This document shows positions 30,225 through 38,721 of a DNA stretch of 60,309 bases, piece after piece; positions within the stretch are counted from its first letter, which is position 1, and every line of letters starts with the position of its first letter. The DNA lies in the NCBI GenBank assembly GCA_035718885.1, contig DASTGR010000181.1, positions 1-60,309 on the forward strand. The letters are read 5' to 3'. The stretch comes from Pseudolabrys sp. Lineage in GTDB: Bacteria > Pseudomonadota > Alphaproteobacteria > Rhizobiales > Xanthobacteraceae. Under the pieces are notes generated by a model. That model searched no databases. It had not been told where the DNA came from and worked only from the letters and a program-made list of their open reading frames with translations. Made by a program: the position numbers and the translations under genes.

Positions 30225-31775
30225 ATGCTGCGAACCGGCGAGCACTACCTCAAGTCGCTGGATGACGGCCGCGTCGTCTGGGTCGGCAACACGCAAATCG
30301 ACAACGTCGCCACGCATCCTCTCACCCGGGCCTATGCGCGCGTCACCGCCGATTTCTTCGACCTTCACCGGCGGCCGGACCTCGAGGACCAGCTCACCTT
30401 CGTCGACGAGAGCGGCACGCGGCGCTCGATGATGTGGTTCAAGCACCGCAGCAAGGAAGAGCTCGTCCGCAAGCGCCGCTATCACGAACTCATCATGCGG
30501 CAGTTCGTGGCCGCTTCCTGCCCGCGAACGCCGGATTCGCAAAACTACATGCTCGTCACTTACATCGACGATCCCGAGCCGTGGGAAAAGGCCTCGGTCG
30601 GCGCGGAGGGGCGCGGCCTCGCAGACAACATCCGGAATTTCTGGCAGTACGCGATGGACCGCGACCTTGTCGTGGCGCCGCACTTCGTCGATCCGCAGGC
30701 GGACCGTTCCGATCCCAATGCGCACGCCAACTCGCCTGCTTTGCGCATCGTCGAGACGAACGACGAAGGCATCGTCGTCAACGGCGTCAAGTCGATCGGC
30801 ACAGCAAGCGCCTTCGCCGATTACCTGCATCTCGGAGTGTTCTTCCGCCCGGGCGCCAAAGGCGACCAGATCATCTACGGCGTCTGCCCGGCCAATTCGA
30901 AAGGCATCACCATCGTCTGCCGCGAGAGCGTCGTCGCGGCCGACCCGGTCGAACACCCTCTCGCCTCGCAAGGGGATGAACTCGATGCGACCGTGCTTTT
31001 CGACCGCGTGCTGATCCCTTGGAAATACGTGTTCCACATCGGCAACCCGGATCATGCGCGGCTCTACCCGCAGCGCGTGTTCGACTGGGGTCATTATTAT
31101 GCGCTGGTGCGGCAGGCGGTGCGGGCGGAATTGCTCGCCGGCCTCGCGATCCTGATGTGCGAGCACCTGGGAACAGCGAAGATCGAGGCGGTGCAATCGC
31201 GCCTCGCGCGTATCGTCGGCTTTCAGCAGTCGACCTACGCCCATGTCCTGGCGGCGGAGGATCAAGGCTTCTACACGCCGGGCGGGCTCTACAAGCCCGA
31301 CATCCAGCTGTTCAACTGGGGCCGCGTCTATTTCCTGCAAAACTTCGGTGCGATGGTCGACGAACTGATCGACCTCTGCGGCCGCAGCGCCGTCATGTTC
31401 CCGACCGAAGCGCAATGGCAAAACCCGGACATGCGACAATGGCTGGAAAAGCTGAACAAAGGCGCCACCGGCGAGGCCTATGACCGGATCAAGATCGCGC
31501 GCGTCATTCGTGATCTCTATCTCACCGACTGGGGCAGCCGGCTGTTCATGTTCGAGAACTTCAACGGCACGCCGCTCCAGACACTCTTGTCGTTGACGAT
31601 GAAACGCGCCGAATTCACCGGAAGCGGTCAATTCGCGGCGTTCGCCCGCCAGGTCGTCGGCCTCGCCGAGCCATGCGAGCAGATGACCGAGTACAAGGGC
31701 GTCGCCGACTACGCCAAGGCACAGGATTCGGCCCGTCGCGATTATCGGCCCGGGAAGATCGCCGCCGCCGAATAG
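30225..31775 (+). CDS. FADH2-dependent group D monooxygenase, HadA/TcpA/TftD-like chlorophenol/nitrophenol 4-monooxygenase
   Basis: MLRTGEHYLKSLDDGRVVWVGN..IDNVATHP, PRTPD, FVDPQ.DRS, EHPLASQGDELD, YPQRVFDWGHY, FENFNGTPL; R101, T193, D254 and H290 at the positions I recall for HadA. Confidence 0.88.
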   Translation: MLRTGEHYLKSLDDGRVVWVGNTQIDNVATHPLTRAYARVTADFFDLHRRPDLEDQLTFVDESGTRRSMMWFKHRSKEELVRKRRYHELIMRQFVAASCPRTPDSQNYMLVTYIDDPEPWEKASVGAEGRGLADNIRNFWQYAMDRDLVVAPHFVDPQADRSDPNAHANSPALRIVETNDEGIVVNGVKSIGTASAFADYLHLGVFFRPGAKGDQIIYGVCPANSKGITIVCRESVVAADPVEHPLASQGDELDATVLFDRVLIPWKYVFHIGNPDHARLYPQRVFDWGHYYALVRQAVRAELLAGLAILMCEHLGTAKIEAVQSRLARIVGFQQSTYAHVLAAEDQGFYTPGGLYKPDIQLFNWGRVYFLQNFGAMVDELIDLCGRSAVMFPTEAQWQNPDMRQWLEKLNKGATGEAYDRIKIARVIRDLYLTDWGSRLFMFENFNGTPLQTLLSLTMKRAEFTGSGQFAAFARQVVGLAEPCEQMTEYKGVADYAKAQDSARRDYRPGKIAAAE

Positions 31776-31901
31776 GGCGCGGCTTTCCACGGGTTCACAG
31801 GCGAGGAGTTCGGCGAGAAGCGAAGACCAAGCGTCCCGGCGAAAGACAACGGCAAACATCGCCGCCGGGCACATTTCATCCGCTCACAGGGGAGGAGCGT
31901 C

Positions 31902-33245
31902 ATGGCTGGTTTGGAGGGGCGACAGGTCGATGCGGTCGGCGTCGTGGACGGCGCACCGGTCGGGGGACTGATCATCGCAGTGGTGGCGCTGTGCGCCGGC
32001 GTATCGTTCCTCGACGGGTTCGATATCCTGGCGATTTCCTACGTGGCGCCCGTGATCGGCGCGGCCTGGAAGCTTCCGCGAGAAGCGTTCGGGCCGATCT
32101 TCGCCGCGCATTACATCGGCGCCGCAGCCGGCTCCGTGTTTTTCGGCTGGTACGCCGATCGCTACGGGCGCCGCATGGGCGTCATCGTGCCGACCGCCAT
32201 CTTCGGCGTGTTCGCGCTGCTCACGGTCTATGCTTACGATTTCCGATCGCTGTTCATCCTGCGAATGCTGATCGGCATCGGGCTCGGCGGCGCGCTGTCA
32301 AACGCCATCGCCATGGTGGCCGAATATTCACCGCAGCGGGCGCGCGCGACCTTGGTGAGCGTGATGTACGCCGCCTTCCCGCTTGGCGGCGTCATCGGCG
32401 GCCCGATTTCGGCGGCGTTGATCGCACATTACGGCTGGCACGCGGTCTTCGTGCTCGGGGGCATTCTGCCGCTCATGCTTACCGTCGCCTTGCTTCTGTG
32501 GCTGAACGAGTCGATCCGCTTCATGGTGCTGAGCAAAGCCGGGACCGAACGTATCGCCGGCATCCTCCGGGGAATAGCACCGAGCTTCGAGTCCGCCCCC
32601 GGAGACACATATGTCCTGCCGCAGAGCCGCGGCGTCTCGAGCCGGCCGACACGCGAGATCTTCGGCCGCGAGTTCCTGCGGGCGACGGTGCTGCTCTGCG
32701 TCGCCGCCTTCATGGCGCAACTTGTCATCGTCTATGTGGTGACCTGGATGCCGCTCGTGCTCGCCTCGATCGGAATGCCGGTGACAAGCGCGATCCTGGC
32801 GTCGGTCGCCTTCTCCGTCGGCGGCATCTTCGGCGCCGTGGGGCTGGCGCGCATCATCGACAGGGACAAATCCTACCGCGGACTGATCATCACCTTCTTT
32901 CTGTCGGCCATTTCGATCGCCGGGATCGGCTATCTTGCGGCCAATTGGTACGGGCTCCTCGCCATCACCTTCATCACCGGTTTGCTGACCGTCGGCGCCA
33001 ACATCGTCCTGTCGGCCTATTCGGCGACGGTTTATCCGACCGCGATCCGGTCGACCGGCGTCGGCTGGGTCATCGGTTGGGGCCGCATCGGCGCCATCGC
33101 CGGCGCCTTGTTCGGCACCGCGCTGGTCGCGGCCGGCCTCGCCATCGAAACCGCCTATGTGATCGCCGCGGTTCCTGCGATCATCGGCGGTACGGCGATC
33201 GCACTGGTGCGGGCGAGGCACCAGTCGGCGATCGTGTACGCTTGA
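31902..33245 (+). CDS. MFS aromatic acid:H+ symporter (PcaK/BenK/MhpT family)
   Basis: LDGFD, ADRYGRR, AEYSPQRARA, LNESIRF, YPTAIRSTGVGW..GWGRIG. Confidence 0.92.
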   Translation: MAGLEGRQVDAVGVVDGAPVGGLIIAVVALCAGVSFLDGFDILAISYVAPVIGAAWKLPREAFGPIFAAHYIGAAAGSVFFGWYADRYGRRMGVIVPTAIFGVFALLTVYAYDFRSLFILRMLIGIGLGGALSNAIAMVAEYSPQRARATLVSVMYAAFPLGGVIGGPISAALIAHYGWHAVFVLGGILPLMLTVALLLWLNESIRFMVLSKAGTERIAGILRGIAPSFESAPGDTYVLPQSRGVSSRPTREIFGREFLRATVLLCVAAFMAQLVIVYVVTWMPLVLASIGMPVTSAILASVAFSVGGIFGAVGLARIIDRDKSYRGLIITFFLSAISIAGIGYLAANWYGLLAITFITGLLTVGANIVLSAYSATVYPTAIRSTGVGWVIGWGRIGAIAGALFGTALVAAGLAIETAYVIAAVPAIIGGTAIALVRARHQSAIVYA

Positions 33246-33261
33246 GACCAAGGGGGAAACC

Positions 33262-33657
33262 ATGCACGGACTTTATCCGAACGACGCTTCCTGGATCGAC
33301 ACGGCCGGGCGGCTTCTGATCGTCGCGTTCTTCGTCATCGTGTGGCTGCGAAACCTGTCGAGCCACCATGTCCAGGACCACATCAAGCGCCTGACCTTCT
33401 TCAAGGCGCCGCTGCCTCAGGCCACGTTCTGGGCCGGAATGGCGCTCGATGCGGTCGGCTGCGCGCTCATCCTGCTCAACTGGCACGCGGCGATCGGCGC
33501 TCTATGCCTCATCGTGTTCACCGTCCTGGCTTCGCTGCTGCTGCTGCGGTTCTGGGAGATGGACGATCCGATGAAGCGCACCGGCATGCAGAACGGCTTC
33601 CTCGCCAATATCGGCGTGGTCGGCGGGCTGCTTCTGCTCTTGCAAAACATGATGTGA
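33262..33657 (+). CDS. DoxX family membrane protein
   Basis: Four TM segments, GRLL, FWEM, FLANIGVVGGLLLL. Confidence 0.82.
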   Translation: MHGLYPNDASWIDTAGRLLIVAFFVIVWLRNLSSHHVQDHIKRLTFFKAPLPQATFWAGMALDAVGCALILLNWHAAIGALCLIVFTVLASLLLLRFWEMDDPMKRTGMQNGFLANIGVVGGLLLLLQNMM

Positions 33658-33667
33658 CGCGCTGTCC

Positions 33668-34279
33668 ATGCTCACCACGAAACGGTCCCGGCGGCTCGAT
33701 CCATTGCCGCCGGAACACGCGCCGGACTTGAAGGAGGAGTTCGACTCCTTCTTCAAGACGCTCGGCTTCGTGCCGAACAGCGTTCTGACGATGCAGCGCA
33801 AGCCGAAGCTCGCCAAGGCCTTCGTGCAGATGCAACGGGCGCTGTGGGATCCCGACAGCAAGGTGGATCGCGGGCTCAAGCGCCTGATCGCGCATGCGGC
33901 AAGCCGCGTTGCGGACGACCCATACAGCATGGCCCACACCGCGAGCGGCGCGCTGCATTTCGGCATTGCCGCCGGGAAGCTGGCGGCGATCCGGGACTAC
34001 AGGACGAGCGCCCTGTTCGCGCCGGCCGAGCGCGTGGCGCTCGACTTCGCCACGGCCGCCAGCGCAACGCCGAATTCGGTCGATGAGGCGACGTTCTCGG
34101 CGCTGCGAGAGCACTGGACCGAAGAGCAGATCGTGGAGATCGCCGGCGTCGTGGCGATGGCCGGCTTCCTGTCGCGCTGGAACGTCAGCATGGCGACTCC
34201 GCTGGAGGCGGAACCGCAGGAGATCGGCGACAAACATCTTGCGCCGCTCGGCTGGAGCGCGGGCGCGCACCGGCGCTAG
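33668..34279 (+). CDS. Carboxymuconolactone decarboxylase/AhpD-fold protein without cysteines
   Basis: LGFVPNS, LKRLIAHAAS..DPYSMAH, AERVALDFA, WTEEQIVEI, FLSRWN. Confidence 0.82.
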   Translation: MLTTKRSRRLDPLPPEHAPDLKEEFDSFFKTLGFVPNSVLTMQRKPKLAKAFVQMQRALWDPDSKVDRGLKRLIAHAASRVADDPYSMAHTASGALHFGIAAGKLAAIRDYRTSALFAPAERVALDFATAASATPNSVDEATFSALREHWTEEQIVEIAGVVAMAGFLSRWNVSMATPLEAEPQEIGDKHLAPLGWSAGAHRR

Positions 34280-34284
34280 TCGCG

Positions 34285-35535
34285 TTAGCCCTCGAATTCG
34301 ACGATCGACAGGCCGCCATTGTAGTCGGTTGCGTAGATGAGCCCGCTCGCGTCGACGAAGACGTCCGCGGACTGGATCACGCGCGGGCGGTTTGGCCGCT
34401 TGTCCATCAAACGTTCCGGCGCCGGCGGCACCAGCGCCCCCACTTCCTTCGGCGCAAACGCGTCCGAGATGTCGAAGGCGCGGAGCCCGGCGTTCTGGTA
34501 GGTGGCGAAGATCAGGTTCGAGCTGACGAAGCTGCCCGGCCGGTTCTCGTGGATATTGTGCGGTCCGAAATGACCGGGCTTGGCGCGGTAGTCGGCCTCG
34601 GACGGCGTCGGACAGGTGGCGATGCTGACCGGATTGTCGCGCGCACGATTGTCGAACACCCAGATCAGCTTCAGCCCGTCCTCCTGATGATCGAGTACGG
34701 CCTCGTCCAGCACGACCAGCAGGTTCCGGTCAGGCAGCGGCAGACAATTATGCGTCCCGCCGCCGAACGGCGGCGACCAGCTCCTGTGCACCACGAGTTT
34801 GGGCTGCGTCCGGTCCGCCACGTCGAGGACCACCATGCCGGCGTCGCGCCAGGCCGCATAGGCTGTGTCGCCGTGCACGATCGGATGGTGCAGGCCATAG
34901 CGGCGCGAGGCCGGCCATGTCGGCGTCTCGCCGGCCGCGAGGTTCATGCCGGGAATCCACCAGCGGCCGGCCTCGCGCGGATGCGCCGGGTCGCTCATGT
35001 CGATCGTCATGAAGATGTAATCGGTGAAACCGTCGAGCAGCACGGACGCGTAGGCCCAGCGACCGCCGGTGTACCAGAGGCGATGAATGCCGCCGCCTTC
35101 GACCGGCATGAAGCCGATGCGTTTGGGCGCCGCAGGCTGCGAGATATCGTAGACGGCGAGACCCGCGCTCCAGTCGCGCACTCGCCTGGACTCCGCCGTC
35201 CCGACCGTCTTGCCGAGCGCGCCGCTGTAATAGGCGCGCTCGTCGGCGAATTCCTGCGCCCCGAACATATCCTTGGCGTGGATCACCAGCAGAAGATCGT
35301 CGGCAGTTTGCAGGTGAATGGTCCAGGTATTTGCCGGCGCAGGGACAAAGTTCACCGTGCGCGGATTCCTGGCGTCACGCACGTCGAGCACCGAGAAGCC
35401 GCCGGAGAACATGTGCGCCACAAAGGCGTGGCCGCGATGCACCATCAATTGCATGCCGTCCGGCCGTCCGCCCTGGTCGGAGTGGCCGACGATGCGCATG
35501 CGGTGCGCGTAATCCGGGCGCGGCAAATCGGTCAT
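34285..35535 (-). CDS. LVIVD-repeat beta-propeller protein, His-rich, cytoplasmic
   Basis: Repeated GFSVLDV / GLAVYDIS / GMVVLDV / GLRAFDIS blades; ATGA overlap with the upstream monooxygenase. Confidence 0.85.
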   Translation of the reverse strand: MTDLPRPDYAHRMRIVGHSDQGGRPDGMQLMVHRGHAFVAHMFSGGFSVLDVRDARNPRTVNFVPAPANTWTIHLQTADDLLLVIHAKDMFGAQEFADERAYYSGALGKTVGTAESRRVRDWSAGLAVYDISQPAAPKRIGFMPVEGGGIHRLWYTGGRWAYASVLLDGFTDYIFMTIDMSDPAHPREAGRWWIPGMNLAAGETPTWPASRRYGLHHPIVHGDTAYAAWRDAGMVVLDVADRTQPKLVVHRSWSPPFGGGTHNCLPLPDRNLLVVLDEAVLDHQEDGLKLIWVFDNRARDNPVSIATCPTPSEADYRAKPGHFGPHNIHENRPGSFVSSNLIFATYQNAGLRAFDISDAFAPKEVGALVPPAPERLMDKRPNRPRVIQSADVFVDASGLIYATDYNGGLSIVEFEG

Positions 35536-36770
35536 TTGTAAGCGTCGAGGAAATGCGGCACGGCGATCCAGTCGAGCATGGCGCCGTCGCTCTGCAACAA
35601 TTCGTGCATCCGGCGGTCCTCGTCGGTCTTGAGGTTGACACCCATGTGCGTCCCCAGCTTGCGCCCGTGCATGACGATCCTGTTGCCGAGCGGCTGCCGC
35701 TCGGCATTGTAGGCATTCAGCGCCGCGTCGACATCCTCGTTCTCGGACAGATGCTTCGCGAGCGCCTGCGCGTCGGTGCCGGCCTTCGCCATGCCGAAAC
35801 CCATATGCGGCCTGGCATTGGCCGCCGCGTCGCCAACCATTGCCACGCGTCCGTAGACGATTGTCGGCGACGTGAAATCGTAGATCGGCGTGACGAACGG
35901 CTGCGGAATGTTCATCACCGAATCCAGCAGCGTGTCCGGCAAGGTCGCCCGTGCATCCGCATGCATTTCAGCGACGAGGTCTTTGCGAATGAGCGGCGGC
36001 GGCACCGAGAACTCGTGCTGCGTCCCATTCTCATCGACCAGCATGTCGCGCAGCTGTGCTGCGTCGGCGGTGCGGTACCAGATGAAATTGAATCGGCGCC
36101 GCCCGGGTGTGAGGTCGTCGTTGAACCCCGCGATCGGATAGGTGATCACTTCCTGCCGTGGCGGCAGGAAGAATGTGAAGTACGGATAGATTTCGCGCAG
36201 CGTCTTCTCGGACAGGTCGCTCTCATTGGGCGCGCCGCGCCAGATGTAATAGCCGGCGTAGATCGGTTGCACGTCCGGCGCCATCTGCCCGCGTACGCTG
36301 GATCGGATGCCGTCGCCGCCAACCAGGATATCGGCCTCCTCGACGCGCCCGCCCGTGAACGTGACGCGCACGCCGCGCTCGTCCTGGTCGACACGCTCGA
36401 AATTCCAGCCGAGATGATAATGGCGCTCGTCTATGGTCGTGCGCAGCAGCCGTTGCAGCCTATCCCACGAGGTGAGGATCTGGCGCAGCGGCCGCTCCTC
36501 CGTAACCTTGCCGGACTTGTCGATGGCGATGCGCTTGGGGACTTCGACGCCCAGGCGGTCGAGACCGGCGCCGCACGCGACCAGAGCCTCGAACAACTCG
36601 GGATGTCCCGTGATGCCGGCGCCGCGTCCGACCAGTTCGACACGCGAGCGCTCGTAGACGTCGACGTCCCAGCCGGCCTTTCGGAGAAACGCTGCCGAGA
36701 ACAGGCCCGACATCGAGCCGCCAACGATGATCGCGCGGCGGCGCCTGCGACTGGCCTGCAATGACGGCAT
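35532..36770 (-). CDS. FAD-dependent monooxygenase, 2,6-dihydroxypyridine 3-hydroxylase (DhpH)-like
   Basis: IVGGSMSG, VYERS..RGAGI, GGDGIRSSVR, YAGYYIWRG, GDAAANARPH.G.G.AKA. Confidence 0.85.
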   Translation of the reverse strand: MPSLQASRRRRRAIIVGGSMSGLFSAAFLRKAGWDVDVYERSRVELVGRGAGITGHPELFEALVACGAGLDRLGVEVPKRIAIDKSGKVTEERPLRQILTSWDRLQRLLRTTIDERHYHLGWNFERVDQDERGVRVTFTGGRVEEADILVGGDGIRSSVRGQMAPDVQPIYAGYYIWRGAPNESDLSEKTLREIYPYFTFFLPPRQEVITYPIAGFNDDLTPGRRRFNFIWYRTADAAQLRDMLVDENGTQHEFSVPPPLIRKDLVAEMHADARATLPDTLLDSVMNIPQPFVTPIYDFTSPTIVYGRVAMVGDAAANARPHMGFGMAKAGTDAQALAKHLSENEDVDAALNAYNAERQPLGNRIVMHGRKLGTHMGVNLKTDEDRRMHELLQSDGAMLDWIAVPHFLDAYK

Positions 36771-36957
36771 CGACGCCCTTTCCGACTTCCTGCGAAAACG
36801 ATTGTCGCAGAATGTATGGGCGCGGGACGTTATCGCGCCAATAAAAAACGATCATGAATGGCGGACCTGCAATCCATGCAGTCCGCTTGCTTGCAAAGCT
36901 GGGTCTTGCCTCGCCTATCGGAAATCGGTCGACAGACTTTGAGATGGTCGAAATGCT

Positions 36958-38721
36958 CTAGGGACGCGTGCTCAAGCGCGACGCGCGCAGGCTGGTGGTC
37001 GCAGCCTCATCGATCCTTCCGTCCGCGGCAACGGCGACGCCATAGTCACGATGCGCCTCCTCGGCGGTAATCAGGCCATCGAGTACGTCGTCACGCACCG
37101 CTGCCGGATCGCGCGTCAGCGGATCTCCGAAGCCGCCACCGCCCGGCAGCCCGAGGCAGATCGCATCGCGCGCCGGCACGGTTTGCCGGCCTTTCGGGCG
37201 GATCGGGCGGCCAGATCGCAAGGCGACGGTGCCAGACCCGCCCGGTTTGCCACCCTCGCGGCCCCGCGCGGGATGCTTCACGCGCTCGAAGTTGCACAAC
37301 AACGCGATCGGATTTGCGGCAGCGCCGCCGAGCTCGATGGTCTGCCCCAAACCGCCGCGTTGCTTGCCGGCGCCGCCCGAACTCGCCCGAAACTCGCGCC
37401 GGTAAAACAACACAGGGGCGACGCTCTCGGTTGCCTCGATCGGAATGGTGCGGACGCCGGACGGAAACGCGGTCGCGCTCAGGCCGTCTTTCTGCGGGCG
37501 CGCGCCGGCGCCGCCGCAATGGAAGATGACCGTGCTGAAGGTCGGCAGTTCGTTCGCGTCGGTGCCCTCCTCGACGTGATCGACCAGCGAACCGCCGCCG
37601 AAAATCTGCGGATTCCACAAGGACGACGCACCTTCGGCCGGCACTCCGCCCGCGATCACCGCGGCAAGGCAGCCGAACACGACGTCAGGCAGCATCTGCC
37701 CGACCGTATGCCGCGCCGCGACCGGCCATGGGCGCTTGACGTTGAGCACGCAGCCCTCCGGCGCGCTGACCGTGATCGGCGCGAGGGAGCCCGCATTATT
37801 GGGCACGTCCGGCGCAATGAGGCATTTCACGCCGAAGGCCGTATAGGCCAGGCAATAATTATAGACCACATTGATGCCGTGGCCGGACGCAGGCGACGTG
37901 CCGTCGAAATCGACGTTGAGACCGCCTTCGGAAATGGTCAGCGCCGCGGTGAGCGTCAACTCCTTGTCGTAACCATCCATCGTCATGCTGTTGCGATACG
38001 TGCCCTTCGGCAGGGCACGGATGCGAGCAAGTGTCGCTTCACGCGAGGCCTCGACAATGGTATCGCCGAGCCGGTCGAGATTGACGATACCGAACTCGCT
38101 CATCATGTCGACCAGACGGCGCGAACCCTCGTCGTTGCAGGCGGCGCAGGCATAGATGTCGCCTTCGACCTGCAACGGCTCGCGCACATTGGCGCGGACG
38201 AGGCGCAGCAAATCTTCGTTCATCTGCCCTTCGCGCGCGAGCGGCATGATCGGGATGGCCAACCCCTCCTCGAACACCTGGCGTCCGTCCGGTCCCATGC
38301 CGAGGCCGCCAATATCGACGACGTGGATCGTATTGGCGAACAGCGCCACCGGTTCGCCGCGGTAGAACGTCGGCGTCACGACCGTGATGTCGTGCAGATG
38401 CCCGGAGGTGAGCCAGGGGTCGTTGGTGATGTAATGGTCACCGGGCTTCATGCCCTTGAGCGGATAGACGCTGAGGAAATGGACGACCGCGTTGGCCATG
38501 GAGTTGACGTGGCCCGGGGTGCCGGTGACGGCCTGCGCCAGCATGCGGCCGTGTCGGTCGAACACGCCGGCCGACAGGTCGCCGGCCTCACGCACGGACG
38601 TCGAGAACGCCGTGCGGAGCATGGTTTGCGCCTGCTCCTCGACCACAGCGATCAACCGGTTCCACATGATCTGGGTTTGTATTTGGCCCAGTGCGGTGTT
38701 CGGGCGGGAGACCATGGTCAT
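36958..38721 (-). CDS. Hydantoinase B/oxoprolinase beta subunit
   Basis: RTAFSTSVREAGDLS, TNDPWLTSGHLHD, HVVDIGG, GGAGKQRGG, PGGGGFGDP. Confidence 0.93.
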   Translation of the reverse strand: MTMVSRPNTALGQIQTQIMWNRLIAVVEEQAQTMLRTAFSTSVREAGDLSAGVFDRHGRMLAQAVTGTPGHVNSMANAVVHFLSVYPLKGMKPGDHYITNDPWLTSGHLHDITVVTPTFYRGEPVALFANTIHVVDIGGLGMGPDGRQVFEEGLAIPIMPLAREGQMNEDLLRLVRANVREPLQVEGDIYACAACNDEGSRRLVDMMSEFGIVNLDRLGDTIVEASREATLARIRALPKGTYRNSMTMDGYDKELTLTAALTISEGGLNVDFDGTSPASGHGINVVYNYCLAYTAFGVKCLIAPDVPNNAGSLAPITVSAPEGCVLNVKRPWPVAARHTVGQMLPDVVFGCLAAVIAGGVPAEGASSLWNPQIFGGGSLVDHVEEGTDANELPTFSTVIFHCGGAGARPQKDGLSATAFPSGVRTIPIEATESVAPVLFYRREFRASSGGAGKQRGGLGQTIELGGAAANPIALLCNFERVKHPARGREGGKPGGSGTVALRSGRPIRPKGRQTVPARDAICLGLPGGGGFGDPLTRDPAAVRDDVLDGLITAEEAHRDYGVAVAADGRIDEAATTSLRASRLSTRP

